Positions 7,905 through 18,292 of a DNA stretch of 41,749 bases are shown piece after piece. A program made the translations under genes and the position numbers. Origin of the DNA: a virus; the IMG/VR virus record IMGVR_UViG_3300038330_000020; one strand, given 5' to 3'. Every line of letters starts with the position of its first letter. Position 1 is the first letter of the stretch. The notes under the pieces are model-generated. The model saw only the letters and a program-made list of their open reading frames with translations. It made no database searches and had not been told where the DNA came from.

Positions 7905-10670
7905 GTGAGCGGCAACGTAACAATCATTCATCACAGCCTCAACGCAGGCGAAGTCTCACCGCGCGTGGTGGGCCGCCAGGACCAAAACAAATATATGGCG
8001 GCGTGCGAGACGATGCTTAACTGGACGCCGCTCGTAGTCGGCGGCGCCGGCCTCAGACCCGGCTCGCTGTTCGTTACCACGACCAAGGACGTAGCTAATC
8101 ATCCTATCAAGAGGATGCGCCCGTTCGTGGCGCACCGGCACGCCGCCTATACGATGGAGATAGGCCACCAGTACATCAGGTTTTTTTTTAACGGATCGCC
8201 AGTTGAATCTAGTCCCGGCACCCCGCTTGAACTGTCTACACCGTACCAAGACACCGACTTAGCCGAACTCTTTCCAGTCCAATCCGTAGACGTTTGCTAT
8301 TTGCTGCACGGCCTTTACGCGCCGCGGAAGATCACCCGGCTTGCCGAGGACGATTTCACCATAACCACGGTCAATTTTAGTCCGCCGGCAACCATGGAGG
8401 ATGAGCCAACCGGCGCGGCTTTGCTGATGGGCACGTTGACACCCGGCGCAACCACAGGCAGCGGCATTGCCTTTGAAGCGGAGAACGGCGGATTCCTCGC
8501 CGCCGACCTGGGCCGGATAATCGTGGCCGGCGGTTCGCGAGCCCTTATCACCGGCGTGACCGATGCCGATACGGTGCAGGTCGATATTATCGATGACTTT
8601 CCCGACACCGACCCGATAGCCGAGGATGATTGGCGCTTAGTCCTATCGCCACAGACTACACTCGACATCACCAACGAGCGCACCGAGGTAGGCCAGCCGG
8701 TGACATTGACCGCGGCTATTCCCGCATTCCGCGCCACCGACGCGGGCAAATGGATTGCGATCTACGGCGGGTTGCTGCAAATCATTGTTGTTGAGGATTC
8801 ATCGAATGTGTCGGCGCTTATCCGCTCACGGCTAGACGACATTACCACCGACAACCCCGACCCGTCCCGGGCGTGGACTTTGGAGGTTGCGGCATGGTCT
8901 AGCGCGCTTGGATTCCCGACCTGTGGTTGTTTTTTCCAAGAACGATTTTGGCTATGCAAGGACTTGACGATAAATGGATCCGTCACCGGTGATTTCGAGA
9001 ACTTTGCCAAAGGCGGAGACGACGATTCAGCCATCGCGCGCACGATCAGCGACGACGACGTTGACGCTATCGTATGGATCAAAGGCGATCAGGATTTAAA
9101 GATCGGCACCTTCAGCGGCGTTTATCAGGCATCACCCACCACCCAGAGCGGCGCCCTCACTCCAACCTCGTTCAAGGTAGTTCCCATCGATGCTAACGGC
9201 GGGGCGCGCGTGCAGCCTTTGCGCGTCTCGCCCGTCCTCATTTACGTCGACGTCAACAAGCGCGAGCTGCGCCAACTCGCTTACGATTTCGCCAGCGACA
9301 AATTCAACTCACAACATTTATTCCGCATGGCGGAACATTTGATCGACGGCTATTTCATCAACGAAATGGCTTACGCGGCTAGTCCCGACTCAACCGTGTA
9401 TGTAGTACGCAATGACGGCGTGCTGTTGGCGCTAGTCTACGAGCAGAACGAAAGCGTGGTTGCTTGGTCCCGCATCGTAACTGACGGCTTAATAAAATCT
9501 TGCTGCGTTATCCCGCGTCCTGAAACCGGCAAAGACTGGGTGTGGTTTATCGTTGAGCGCACCGGAGGCACCTATGTCGAATATCTGGAACCGGATCACA
9601 TCGACACTGGCAGAGAATGGAACGAGCTACGCACAGATTCGGCTGTTGTTGCTGCCCCTGATACTGACGGCGTTGTTGGTGGGCTTGGGCATCTCGAAGG
9701 AAAAACAGTATGGGCCATCGCAGACGGCGCTCTCTACAACACAGGCCGAGACGAGAACAACCAAATAATCAGCACCGCAGTAGTCGAAGGCGGGGAGATA
9801 ACCCTAGAACAGCTTGACCCGCCAACCCCTATTTTCCGCGTTGAAGTGGGCTTGCCGATTGATGCGCGCTTAGTGCCGATCGAGCCGGCGTTACCTGCCG
9901 AGGCGGGCGGGCCGATGATTGCGCGAGGTTATGCCGAGATCGGTATCCGTATCCGGCGCACCCTCGGCCTTAGCATGCGCGCTTGGCGCGTGGGTTTCAG
10001 CGAGCCGGGCGATGACGATTTAGTCGGCGAGCAGCTTGTTTACCGAAAACCTTATCACGTCATGGACGCGCCGGTGCCCCTGCAACAGGGAAAAAAATGT
10101 ATCACAAATCTCGGCTATGATCCTTTTGCGCGTATCGAGATCCGCCAGCAGTTACCCTTTCCCGCCGAGGTGCTTAACGTCGTTGGCAAGTTGCATATTG
10201 GCGATCGTTGGGACTGTGAAACCTACAACGACCCGCAGGTGTTTGTCCGCATCGGATTTTCATCCAAGGAATGTGACGTGGCTTGCCCTCTCGGCGGGTT
10301 TATCGAAGTCACTTACAACGGCGCATTGATCGCAGGCGGGCCGGCGCTGCGCGTGTCGCTCGATAGCGGGCCGTTTGCTTATACCGGGCTTGTAGCCCTT
10401 TACGACCCAGCAACTCAGGTTATAGCATTGGTTCTTTACGACGGCGAAGCACTCTCACCACTCCCCGAACCGCTCACCACGATAGCGCAGATCTTAGTTC
10501 CCGGCGACGTGTTACGCCTTCAAGCCGATAGCCTCGACCCTGAAATATACAGAGTCTTTGTCAACGGCGCGCCGATTATCGAGGAGACCGTAACCGAGGA
10601 AGCGTTAGACCCGGACAATGAATGTCACGGCTTTGTGCAGGTGCCAGACGTGGAGGCGTTAGCGGCATGA
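7905..10670 (+). CDS. putative tail tubular protein B / nozzle (T7 gp12 position) with C-terminal extension
   Basis: 921 aa with a GTG start. The N-terminal pattern LNAGEVSPRVVGRQDQNKY...LRPGSLFV is seen in podovirus tail tube or nozzle proteins, and the synteny fits. Confidence 0.55.
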   Translation: MSGNVTIIHHSLNAGEVSPRVVGRQDQNKYMAACETMLNWTPLVVGGAGLRPGSLFVTTTKDVANHPIKRMRPFVAHRHAAYTMEIGHQYIRFFFNGSPVESSPGTPLELSTPYQDTDLAELFPVQSVDVCYLLHGLYAPRKITRLAEDDFTITTVNFSPPATMEDEPTGAALLMGTLTPGATTGSGIAFEAENGGFLAADLGRIIVAGGSRALITGVTDADTVQVDIIDDFPDTDPIAEDDWRLVLSPQTTLDITNERTEVGQPVTLTAAIPAFRATDAGKWIAIYGGLLQIIVVEDSSNVSALIRSRLDDITTDNPDPSRAWTLEVAAWSSALGFPTCGCFFQERFWLCKDLTINGSVTGDFENFAKGGDDDSAIARTISDDDVDAIVWIKGDQDLKIGTFSGVYQASPTTQSGALTPTSFKVVPIDANGGARVQPLRVSPVLIYVDVNKRELRQLAYDFASDKFNSQHLFRMAEHLIDGYFINEMAYAASPDSTVYVVRNDGVLLALVYEQNESVVAWSRIVTDGLIKSCCVIPRPETGKDWVWFIVERTGGTYVEYLEPDHIDTGREWNELRTDSAVVAAPDTDGVVGGLGHLEGKTVWAIADGALYNTGRDENNQIISTAVVEGGEITLEQLDPPTPIFRVEVGLPIDARLVPIEPALPAEAGGPMIARGYAEIGIRIRRTLGLSMRAWRVGFSEPGDDDLVGEQLVYRKPYHVMDAPVPLQQGKKCITNLGYDPFARIEIRQQLPFPAEVLNVVGKLHIGDRWDCETYNDPQVFVRIGFSSKECDVACPLGGFIEVTYNGALIAGGPALRVSLDSGPFAYTGLVALYDPATQVIALVLYDGEALSPLPEPLTTIAQILVPGDVLRLQADSLDPEIYRVFVNGAPIIEETVTEEALDPDNECHGFVQVPDVEALAA

Positions 10671-11965
10671 GCCCTGTAATTCTCCCTAGCGGCTGGACGG
10701 GTTTTAATTCAGGGTGCTGCGTCGACACAACCGAGCGCGGTCAACAACTCATCGCGCAGGAAGTGGCGTTTAGTCAATTCCCTACGATCAACGGCGGGCG
10801 GCGCACTTCATGGGCTTACGTATCGCCGACCGGCGACTGCATAACTTTAGTCGGTGATGGGAATTGCGCGCTCGGGAATATGGCGTACAAGCAAACCGCT
10901 TTGCCGCCAAACCCCGACTGTTGCCAGCTCAACAGATTTCTCGGCGGCAACCCGACTGTGTTTGACCATCCCGCATTGATAGACCCCGACCCTTTCGCGT
11001 CCGCCGTGAATACGTCCGTTGGCGCAGCGGATGAGCCTATGTATTCGTTTTCATCCGGCGGCGGCGTGGTTGAAATATCGGCCTACTACCCGAACAGCAA
11101 CACGCACGTAGTTTATAATCATGCGTTTAACGCCGTGCAGCCCGACGCAATCGCCAAAAAAGGCAACCGATTCTATGCCTATTTAGGAACCTCGGCGCAA
11201 AACGGCTTTGCACGACATATCGTAGTTTATGACGCGCAAGCCGGCGGTGATTTCTTAGAAGATTGGGACAGCCTAGAGAACTTTCGCGTTATCACCATGA
11301 ACGCGACGGAAAATTATCTTGTTTGTTTCTGCACCGACCTGACTCAGACCATTCTATCGATTAAAAAACTTTCCTTGGTTGACGGTTCTATAGCGGAATC
11401 AATCGACATCACTCACATTAACCTGCATCGATCCTTTGCCGTCAGTGATGACCTTGTTTATCTGCTCACAAACACCGCAATGTATTATCTATCCGGCACT
11501 GACCTGGTGTTTGTCGGACGAGCGCCGGGGCTCACGCTGAGTGCCTTTGGCGGCAATGCGTTTTTTTCCGGCGGGGTTTTTTACTGGGGGCAAGCAGGTT
11601 TCGGCGATGCCAACGCGGATATTTATAAAATCGCTATTCAATGCCCCGAGGGCGGGCCGCTCATCGCGTCCATCTCCACAGGCGCAACCGTGGCGGCGGG
11701 CTCGGCAATCAATGTCACTTGGTCCGGGATTTTAGACCCGACCGCGGGCGATCGAATAGAACTCCGACCGGCGCCGCCCGCCGGTGACTTGGGTTTCGTC
11801 GGCGCCGCGTTGGCGACTCTCAACACCGGCGGGCCGTTATCGGATGGGACCTTGCCGTTCACTATTCCGGCGCTCACCACACCGGGCAATTACATTTTCA
11901 ATTTAACGAGGACAGACGCGGGCGTGATTCTCATCGCCACGTCGAATGTGTTCACGGTGACATGA
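10667..11965 (+). CDS. hypothetical tail-associated protein (Cys-rich N-terminus, Ig-like C-terminus)
   Basis: The ATG at 10667 overlaps the upstream TGA (ATGA). 432 aa, in the tail module. Confidence 0.5.
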   Translation: MSPVILPSGWTGFNSGCCVDTTERGQQLIAQEVAFSQFPTINGGRRTSWAYVSPTGDCITLVGDGNCALGNMAYKQTALPPNPDCCQLNRFLGGNPTVFDHPALIDPDPFASAVNTSVGAADEPMYSFSSGGGVVEISAYYPNSNTHVVYNHAFNAVQPDAIAKKGNRFYAYLGTSAQNGFARHIVVYDAQAGGDFLEDWDSLENFRVITMNATENYLVCFCTDLTQTILSIKKLSLVDGSIAESIDITHINLHRSFAVSDDLVYLLTNTAMYYLSGTDLVFVGRAPGLTLSAFGGNAFFSGGVFYWGQAGFGDANADIYKIAIQCPEGGPLIASISTGATVAAGSAINVTWSGILDPTAGDRIELRPAPPAGDLGFVGAALATLNTGGPLSDGTLPFTIPALTTPGNYIFNLTRTDAGVILIATSNVFTVT

Positions 11966-12234
11966 GGCACGAAACCAAGGAAAAGTTTGAAGCCATGGCG
12001 GTGGACTTCGGCTTGCCGGTGCACTGGCTCAACTTCGCCGGCGGCTGGCTGATGGGTTGTAATGCCTGCACTACAGCGGGCCGCATCGTGCGGCTTTACG
12101 AGCAAGGCAAGATCAGCCGCGACGAGCACAAGAAACTATTTCTAGCCGTGGCGAATGCCAAGACTCAGAACGACAACACGGCGCTTTTTGAGCTTAGGGG
12201 GAAGTTGGAGGAATTACGCAAAGCATCTCTGTAA
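11962..12234 (+). CDS. hypothetical protein
   Basis: 90-aa ORF with ATGA coupling to the upstream gene. Confidence 0.5.
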   Translation: MRHETKEKFEAMAVDFGLPVHWLNFAGGWLMGCNACTTAGRIVRLYEQGKISRDEHKKLFLAVANAKTQNDNTALFELRGKLEELRKASL

Positions 12235-12290
12235 TCCCTTTTCGCGCGCGTCACTGTCCGCTCATCAAGCCAGACGTGAGTGAGGAATTC

Positions 12291-12647
12291 ATGGCTCGGG
12301 CAGTAGCCCACGAGCGCATCGCGTTTGCCCGTTCAGTTTGTTTGAACGGCGACCCGATCGGCGCGGGCGGGATTACCATGCACGACGACATCGGGGAAAC
12401 GTGGTCTTTGTTTTCCCCTACGGTGTTGCAATTTCCCAAAGCACTTTTCAAGGCGTGCAAGGCGGGCATCGCGGGCGCGGTGAAAGAGTTTAACCCGCAG
12501 GTGATTCTATCGTTCGTTCATAAGGACGATCTAGTCGCGCAGCGTTTTATTGAACGGCTCGGCTATAAGCAAAGCGAGCAACGTTTATACATTTACGGCG
12601 CAGACGGCGGCGATTGGTGGGCGTCGGCAGTAAAGAAGGAGAATTAA
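12291..12647 (+). CDS. hypothetical protein, possibly GNAT-fold (T7 gp13 position)
   Basis: The ATG at 12291 is preceded by GAGGA. The C-terminal ...AQRFIERLGYK resembles the GNAT C-terminal motif. The alternative start is the GTG at 12276. Confidence 0.35.
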   Translation: MARAVAHERIAFARSVCLNGDPIGAGGITMHDDIGETWSLFSPTVLQFPKALFKACKAGIAGAVKEFNPQVILSFVHKDDLVAQRFIERLGYKQSEQRLYIYGADGGDWWASAVKKEN

Positions 12648-12649
12648 GT

Positions 12650-13081
12650 ATGCCATGGGCACTTATAGCAATGGCGGCGATTAAGGCCGTCGGTTCGATC
12701 CTTCAAGGCGTAGGCGAAATGAAGGCGCACAAACAGAACGCGCTAAACGCCGAGGCCGAGGGCGAGCAGGCCGTGGCGACAAGCGGAGCAGAAGCAATGC
12801 GGATACGTCGCCAAGTAGCAGGCGAACAAGCCTCATTGATTGCGGGCGCAGGCGCGCAGGGCACGACCTTTGCCGGTTCGCCGATGGAAGTCTACACAGA
12901 GAACGCCTTGCAAGGTGAAACCATGGCGCAAGACCGAATCTACGGCGGGCGGCTAGTGAATCGCAGCAAGAGAATGGAGGCGCAAATGTCACGGCGTAAA
13001 GCATCCGGCGCGATGCTAGGCGGGATATTCGGCGCGCTTGGCGCCGGTGCGTCGGCATGGGCAGGAAGTAGCGGTAACTAA
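12650..13081 (+). CDS. putative internal virion protein (T7 gp14-like architecture)
   Basis: The ATG at 12650 follows AAGGAG. It has a hydrophobic N-terminus, an A/Q/G-rich helical core and a Gly/Ala-rich hydrophobic C-terminus. Confidence 0.45.
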   Translation: MPWALIAMAAIKAVGSILQGVGEMKAHKQNALNAEAEGEQAVATSGAEAMRIRRQVAGEQASLIAGAGAQGTTFAGSPMEVYTENALQGETMAQDRIYGGRLVNRSKRMEAQMSRRKASGAMLGGIFGALGAGASAWAGSSGN

Positions 13082-13082
13082 A

Positions 13083-13796
13083 ATGATTCAATCAATCTAC
13101 ACTCCCGACAACTACACCGGCAACGGCACGTTGGACACATTCGCGTTTACCTTTCGCATCCTTGTTAAGGGCGATCTTGTCGCCATGACCCGGGACACGA
13201 ACGACGTTGAAACGACGCTCGAACTCAACAGCGATTACACGATCAGTGACGCCGACGTGAACACCGCGGACGGCGGCGAGGTGGTGTTGACCGATCCTTT
13301 GCCGACAGGAACCAAAATCTTTTTAATCAGGCGCACGGCGCAGACGCAGCTTAACAACATTGAGGAAGGATCACCTTTCCCGGCGGCAGTAGTCACTAAG
13401 GAATTTGATCGACTGACAATGATGATTCAGGATTTGCAATACCAAATCCGCCAATCTTTGAAGTTTTCGCCGACGAGCGAGATCGAAGATTCAAACTTAC
13501 CTGAGCCCGAGGCCGGCGCGCTCTTACAGTGGAACAGCGACGAGGACGGATTGCAAAACGTCCTGGCTTCATCCCTCGGCCTCACTCACACGGTTATCAC
13601 GCAAGCGATCGCGGCGGGCGCATTTCAAGCCGTGGTTACTCACAACCTAGCCAGCGCAAGCGCGAAAGTAATCGGCTTTAGCGCGAATTGGGGCACTGGA
13701 TTCTCTATCAACTCACAGGATGCCGATACTATTACGCTTGACTTGACCGTGGAGGCGCCAACCGGCGCCGAGATCACGACAGAGGTAGCAATATAA
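13083..13796 (+). CDS. tail fibre adaptor protein with T7 gp17-type N-terminal (tail-attachment) domain
   Basis: N-terminal pattern YTGNGTLDTFAFTFRIL...DYTI...GGEVVLTDPLPTGTKIFLIRRT..Q...F.AAVVTKEFDRLTMMIQDLQ matches the conserved phage T7 tail-fibre N-terminal domain. At only 237 aa it is likely an adaptor rather than a full fibre. Confidence 0.7.
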   Translation: MIQSIYTPDNYTGNGTLDTFAFTFRILVKGDLVAMTRDTNDVETTLELNSDYTISDADVNTADGGEVVLTDPLPTGTKIFLIRRTAQTQLNNIEEGSPFPAAVVTKEFDRLTMMIQDLQYQIRQSLKFSPTSEIEDSNLPEPEAGALLQWNSDEDGLQNVLASSLGLTHTVITQAIAAGAFQAVVTHNLASASAKVIGFSANWGTGFSINSQDADTITLDLTVEAPTGAEITTEVAI

Positions 13797-16700
13797 TGAA
13801 AAAGCTTTTTCTATTATTTGCCTTTCTTTGGGGCTTTACCGGCCAAGCTTGGGGCGCCGCGGCTGAAACCACGGCATATTTAATCCGCACAGACTGCGCC
13901 ACGATCACGAACCCTAAAGACATGGCCGTTGCATGTCTGCAATCAACCACCGTGAGCGGACGCACAGCCGGCCATATTTACGTTTACCGCTCCGGCGTAT
14001 GGGTCGACGTGGACGGCGGGGGCGGGGGCTCAGGTACACCCGGCGGCTCCAATACGCAGGTTCAATACAACAATGCAGGCGTGTTTGGTGGTGACTCGGG
14101 ACTCACTTTCAACGCGACCAGCAACGTGCTAACCGCCACCGGCGGCTTTATCGGTCCCTTGACAGGGAATCTCGTTGGCAACGTGACGGGCACCGTTACA
14201 GGCAACGCAACCACCGCGACGGCATTATCGGCAAATCCCAATAACTGTTCACCGGGCCAAGCCCCACTTGGCATTACAGCAGCAGGCGCCGCTGAGTCAT
14301 GCTTTGACGTAGCGACACAAACCGAACTCGACGCGCACACGGCTGGCACCGGGACGACGGTGCACGGCGCGGCGTCAACGAACACGGCGAGTGCGATTGT
14401 TACCAGGGACGCAAGCGGCAACTTTTCGGCAGGCACTATCACCGCGGCGATCACCGGCGCCGTGACCGGGAACGTGGTGGGAAATGTAACGGGCAATGTT
14501 ACCGGCAACGTCAGCGGCACGGCTGGAAGTTTGGCGGCCAACGGAACCAACTGCGCAGCGGGCGAAGCAGCGGGCGGCGTGGATGCCAGCGGCAACGCCG
14601 AGGACTGTATCACCGTCGGCGGCGGCGGCGGCACTCCGGTTGTCTTGGATCTCGGCAACGACGCTTCCAGTGAATCAACCGACCTTGCCAAGATCACCAC
14701 GACGGGCGACACCAACTCTATTTTCAGCGAGCCAAACGCCAACGAGCTGCGCATAGCCGTAGGTAACAAATGGCCCGCAGCCAACACGGCAGACCTAGCG
14801 ACCGCGGCAACTGCGTTAAATGCCAACGGCGCGAACTGTAGCGCCGGACAATTCCCGCTTGGGGTAGACGCCAGCGGCGCGGCTGAGAGTTGCACGGCCT
14901 TGCCAACGACCATCGCAGGCACGGCCAACCAGATCACCGCTAGCGCGGCGACCGGCGCCGTTACACTGTCAATCCCGACTAGCCCGACTTTGCCAGGCAC
15001 TACCACCGGAACGTTCAGCGGCAACCTAACCGGCAATGTAACCGGCGACGTGACCGGCTCGGTAATCGGCAACGTAACCGGCACGGCTTCTTTTGCCGGG
15101 GCTCTCAGCGCCAACGGGACGAATTGTAGCGTAGGGCAGGCGGCGGCCGGTGTCGATGCTCAAGGCAACGCGGAGGACTGCAACACGGTCCTAGCAACCC
15201 CCGGCGGTTCAGACACCCACGTCCAGTTTAATGACGCTGGCACCCTCAACGGTGACGCAGGGCTTACTTACAACAAGACGACCGACGTATTGACCGCTAC
15301 TGGCGGCTTCGTTGGACCCTTGACGGGCACGGCATCACTCGCCACAGCCTTAGCGGCAAATCCGACCGATTGCGGCGCGAATGAATTTGCAATAGCGATT
15401 GCGGCCAACGGCAACCTTACCTGCACCACGCCAGCGGGCGGCGGCGACGTTACCGGGCCGGCATCGTCGGTTGACTCCGAAATCGCTTTGTTTAGTTCGA
15501 CCACCGGCAAGGTCATTAAGCGCGCTACGACTACCGGCGTATTGAAAGGCACCTCGGGTGTATTGAGCGCAGCGACAGCTGGCGTGGATTACGTCTTGCC
15601 GGCGGGCAATGTCGCCACGGCAACCGCTTTGGCGGCAAATCCCGACAACTGCGCGGCAGGGCAAGGGCCGCTCGGGATCAACGCCGCAGGGCAGGTTGAA
15701 GGTTGCACCGACTACGTAGAAGAACCGGCCAGCGCGGGCATCATAGCCAAGACCGCGGCCAACACCACGGCGGCGCGCAGTATCGCCAGCTCGGCGCCGA
15801 TCACGGTTACAAACGGCAACGGCGTGGCCGGGGATCCGGTTGTGGCTTGTACGACTTGCGGCGTGACGGGCAGTCCTCTTTCACAGTTTGCCGCGACGAC
15901 CTCGGCGCAATTAGCCGCCACGATCAGCAACGAAACCGGCTCGGGCGCGGTTGTGTTTGGCACCTCGCCAACCTTGACGACGCCGGTTATAGCCGACTAC
16001 ACCACCGCGCAGCACGCGCACACGGCGGCATCGAGCGGCGGCAAGCTATCGGCAAGCGCAGCATTGACCGCAACCGGCACGCCGTCGGCGTCGACCTTTT
16101 TACGCGGTGACAACGCCTGGGCGGCGCCTGTAGCCGGCGCGGGCGGCTCGACGACGCAAATGCAGTACAACAACGCCGGGGCGGTTGCCGGTGTGGCAGG
16201 TTGTACCAGTGACGGCACAAACCAGACATGCGGCACCGACACCCTAAGAGCCACTAACCCGCGCATCACGACCGGACTCCGCGACTCAAGCGGCAACCCT
16301 TGGGTTGCAGTCACGCCAACAGCCAGCGCCGTCAATGGAATCAATATCACCAACGCAGCTACGGGCGGCACGCCGCAAATATCGGCAGTAGGCAGTGATA
16401 CCAACGTCGGGCTTAACCTTTCCGGCCAGGGCACCGGGGCTATCTGTTTAGGTACGAGCTGCGCGACGAGCACGACGACAGTCGGTAGCGTCGAAGCCGG
16501 TTCGGCCAAGTTCAACGGCACGACCTCGGGAACCATCAGCATGTTACCGCAGGCCGCGGCGGGTACTTACAACTTCAATCTACCGACCACGGCAGGCAGC
16601 GCGGCGGACTGTCTCAAGTCAGGCGGCGGCGGCGCTTCGCCTATGACCTGGGGCGCATGCGGGGGTGGAGGCGGCGGCGGCGGTGACTTCGCTTCGATCA

Positions 16701-18292
16701 CCTCGGGCACCAATACCACCATGGCGGCGGTTATCGGCTCGGGCGCGACCCTCGATTACACCGGCTCGGGAACCATCAACGCGACCACAGTGAACGGCGG
16801 CGCGGTTGCGCCGATTGCGGTTAATAAGACGGTTGACCCGGCAACCAGCGATAACACGGCGGCGGGATACCCTAACGGCTCGGCTTGGATCAACACCACA
16901 GCCAGCCCTGACACGGTTTGGATAAAGACCGGCGAAACAACGGGAACCGCGGCATGGGCGCAGCACTCTTTAACCGGCCATGCTCACAGCGCGGCAGACG
17001 TGACTTCCGGCACCTTGCCATTGGCTCGAGGCGGCACAAATCAAACAAGCTGGACGGCTTCACGCTGCGTGCAAGTCAACGCGGGCGGGACGGCACTGGA
17101 AAGCGCCTCAGCGGCTTGCGGCACCGGCTCAGGCGGCGGCGGCACTTCCGGCCCAATGAACACAGCGACCTCGACCGGCACGGCGGGCGCTTCCGTTAGC
17201 AGCGCCGAAACGCAGGTTACGACTGTTTCGATTACACCCAACGCGACGACTTCCAAGGTGCTGATTCTTGCGCGCGTTGATTGGAGCAAAGATTCAGGGA
17301 CTACAGTCCGCACCGTAACGACCCGGGTCAGGCGCGGCACGACCAACGGCGACCCTCTTGTCAGTCAATCGAGCATTATCAATTCGATCAACGTGTCGAA
17401 CAGCCCGGCGTTAGGACCGGCGGTGATTTTGGCGATCGACTCGCCAAGCACGACCAGCGCGACCACGTACCGGCTATCCGGCCAGACCGGCGCGGGCAAT
17501 GAAACGGCGACAACCTTTGAGCTGCAAGCTGTCGAATTGACCGGCAGCGGCTTTGCGCCGGCAGACAAGACCTATTGGACCTCACAGGCGGAAACCGGAC
17601 TCAGCGCAGAAACGAACCTCGGCGCGCTTACCACCGGACTCCTAAAGCACACTGTTTCCGGCAGCGTCAGCACGCCAGCAACAGCCACAGCCGGAACTGA
17701 TTACAGCCATCCGTCGACAGCCGAAACCCGCACCAACATGACGATTGACGCCGAGGGCACCGGCAATGTCGTCACGATGCCGTTTACCCTGTTCTTACCC
17801 GCGGCAGGCGGCACAGCGGCGGCGCCGGCTTCTGTCTGGGATTTGCCGGCCGCCAACCCGGCGGTCGCAGTTGTCACGGCGGGCACAAATACACTTCAAG
17901 GTACTTTGGACTTCGCCGACGGCGCCGACACATTAAGCGCACAAACTAATTGGATGATTCCCTCGGATTGGGTGGGCACGGTTGACGCTAGAATCAAGTG
18001 GTTTACCTCGGCGACAACCGGCGACGTGGTCTGGCAACTGGCGACGATATGCGTAGCCGACGCCGAAACCAACGACCCGGCATTCAACACGGCAAGCACA
18101 GTGACCGACACCGCGAAGGGAACAACGAATCAACTTAACGACGCGGCCATCACGACCCTTACCGTTACCGGGTGCGCGGCGGGCGAGCTGATGCACTTGA
18201 AGGTGTCACGCGATCCGACCACCGGCGCGGATACCCTGGCGGCAACGGCGCGGCTAGTTGGAATCGAGCTGAAATACCGGAGAACCATGTAA
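13796..18292 (+). CDS. large tail fibre-like protein (1498 aa) with signal-peptide-like N-terminus
   Basis: Repeated VQYNNAG..G...LT.N modules, GNVTG runs, six Cys-pair repeats and poly-Gly hinges. TGLLK...AGTDY motifs are typical of podovirus fibres. N-terminus is MKKLFLLFAFLWGFTGQAWG/AAA. Confidence 0.8.
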   Translation: MKKLFLLFAFLWGFTGQAWGAAAETTAYLIRTDCATITNPKDMAVACLQSTTVSGRTAGHIYVYRSGVWVDVDGGGGGSGTPGGSNTQVQYNNAGVFGGDSGLTFNATSNVLTATGGFIGPLTGNLVGNVTGTVTGNATTATALSANPNNCSPGQAPLGITAAGAAESCFDVATQTELDAHTAGTGTTVHGAASTNTASAIVTRDASGNFSAGTITAAITGAVTGNVVGNVTGNVTGNVSGTAGSLAANGTNCAAGEAAGGVDASGNAEDCITVGGGGGTPVVLDLGNDASSESTDLAKITTTGDTNSIFSEPNANELRIAVGNKWPAANTADLATAATALNANGANCSAGQFPLGVDASGAAESCTALPTTIAGTANQITASAATGAVTLSIPTSPTLPGTTTGTFSGNLTGNVTGDVTGSVIGNVTGTASFAGALSANGTNCSVGQAAAGVDAQGNAEDCNTVLATPGGSDTHVQFNDAGTLNGDAGLTYNKTTDVLTATGGFVGPLTGTASLATALAANPTDCGANEFAIAIAANGNLTCTTPAGGGDVTGPASSVDSEIALFSSTTGKVIKRATTTGVLKGTSGVLSAATAGVDYVLPAGNVATATALAANPDNCAAGQGPLGINAAGQVEGCTDYVEEPASAGIIAKTAANTTAARSIASSAPITVTNGNGVAGDPVVACTTCGVTGSPLSQFAATTSAQLAATISNETGSGAVVFGTSPTLTTPVIADYTTAQHAHTAASSGGKLSASAALTATGTPSASTFLRGDNAWAAPVAGAGGSTTQMQYNNAGAVAGVAGCTSDGTNQTCGTDTLRATNPRITTGLRDSSGNPWVAVTPTASAVNGINITNAATGGTPQISAVGSDTNVGLNLSGQGTGAICLGTSCATSTTTVGSVEAGSAKFNGTTSGTISMLPQAAAGTYNFNLPTTAGSAADCLKSGGGGASPMTWGACGGGGGGGGDFASITSGTNTTMAAVIGSGATLDYTGSGTINATTVNGGAVAPIAVNKTVDPATSDNTAAGYPNGSAWINTTASPDTVWIKTGETTGTAAWAQHSLTGHAHSAADVTSGTLPLARGGTNQTSWTASRCVQVNAGGTALESASAACGTGSGGGGTSGPMNTATSTGTAGASVSSAETQVTTVSITPNATTSKVLILARVDWSKDSGTTVRTVTTRVRRGTTNGDPLVSQSSIINSINVSNSPALGPAVILAIDSPSTTSATTYRLSGQTGAGNETATTFELQAVELTGSGFAPADKTYWTSQAETGLSAETNLGALTTGLLKHTVSGSVSTPATATAGTDYSHPSTAETRTNMTIDAEGTGNVVTMPFTLFLPAAGGTAAAPASVWDLPAANPAVAVVTAGTNTLQGTLDFADGADTLSAQTNWMIPSDWVGTVDARIKWFTSATTGDVVWQLATICVADAETNDPAFNTASTVTDTAKGTTNQLNDAAITTLTVTGCAAGELMHLKVSRDPTTGADTLAATARLVGIELKYRRTM

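Noticed and set aside
8181-8189. T9 homopolymer in the gp12-like gene (also A8 at about 3838 and T7 at about 11563) as a possible slippage or phase-variation site.
   Set aside because: It is in frame (encodes FFF), no meaningful alternative-frame ORF continues from it, and single homopolymers of this length are expected occasionally.
14450-14520. Short tandem nucleotide repeats (GGCAA(C/T)GT(G/T/A)AC(C/G)...) that could be mistaken for a CRISPR-like or VNTR array.
   Set aside because: They are in frame and encode the GNVTGNVTG peptide repeat of the fibre. There is no repeat-spacer organisation and there are no cas genes in the window.
14062-15114. 350-aa minus-strand ORF, plus many other long antisense or nested ORFs across 13796..18292 (for example 15997..16542 and 16619..16966).
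   Set aside because: They lie entirely inside the GC-rich, Gly/Ala/Thr-rich fibre gene, have low-complexity translations, and lack start context. This is the typical stop-codon-poor antisense frame of such a gene.
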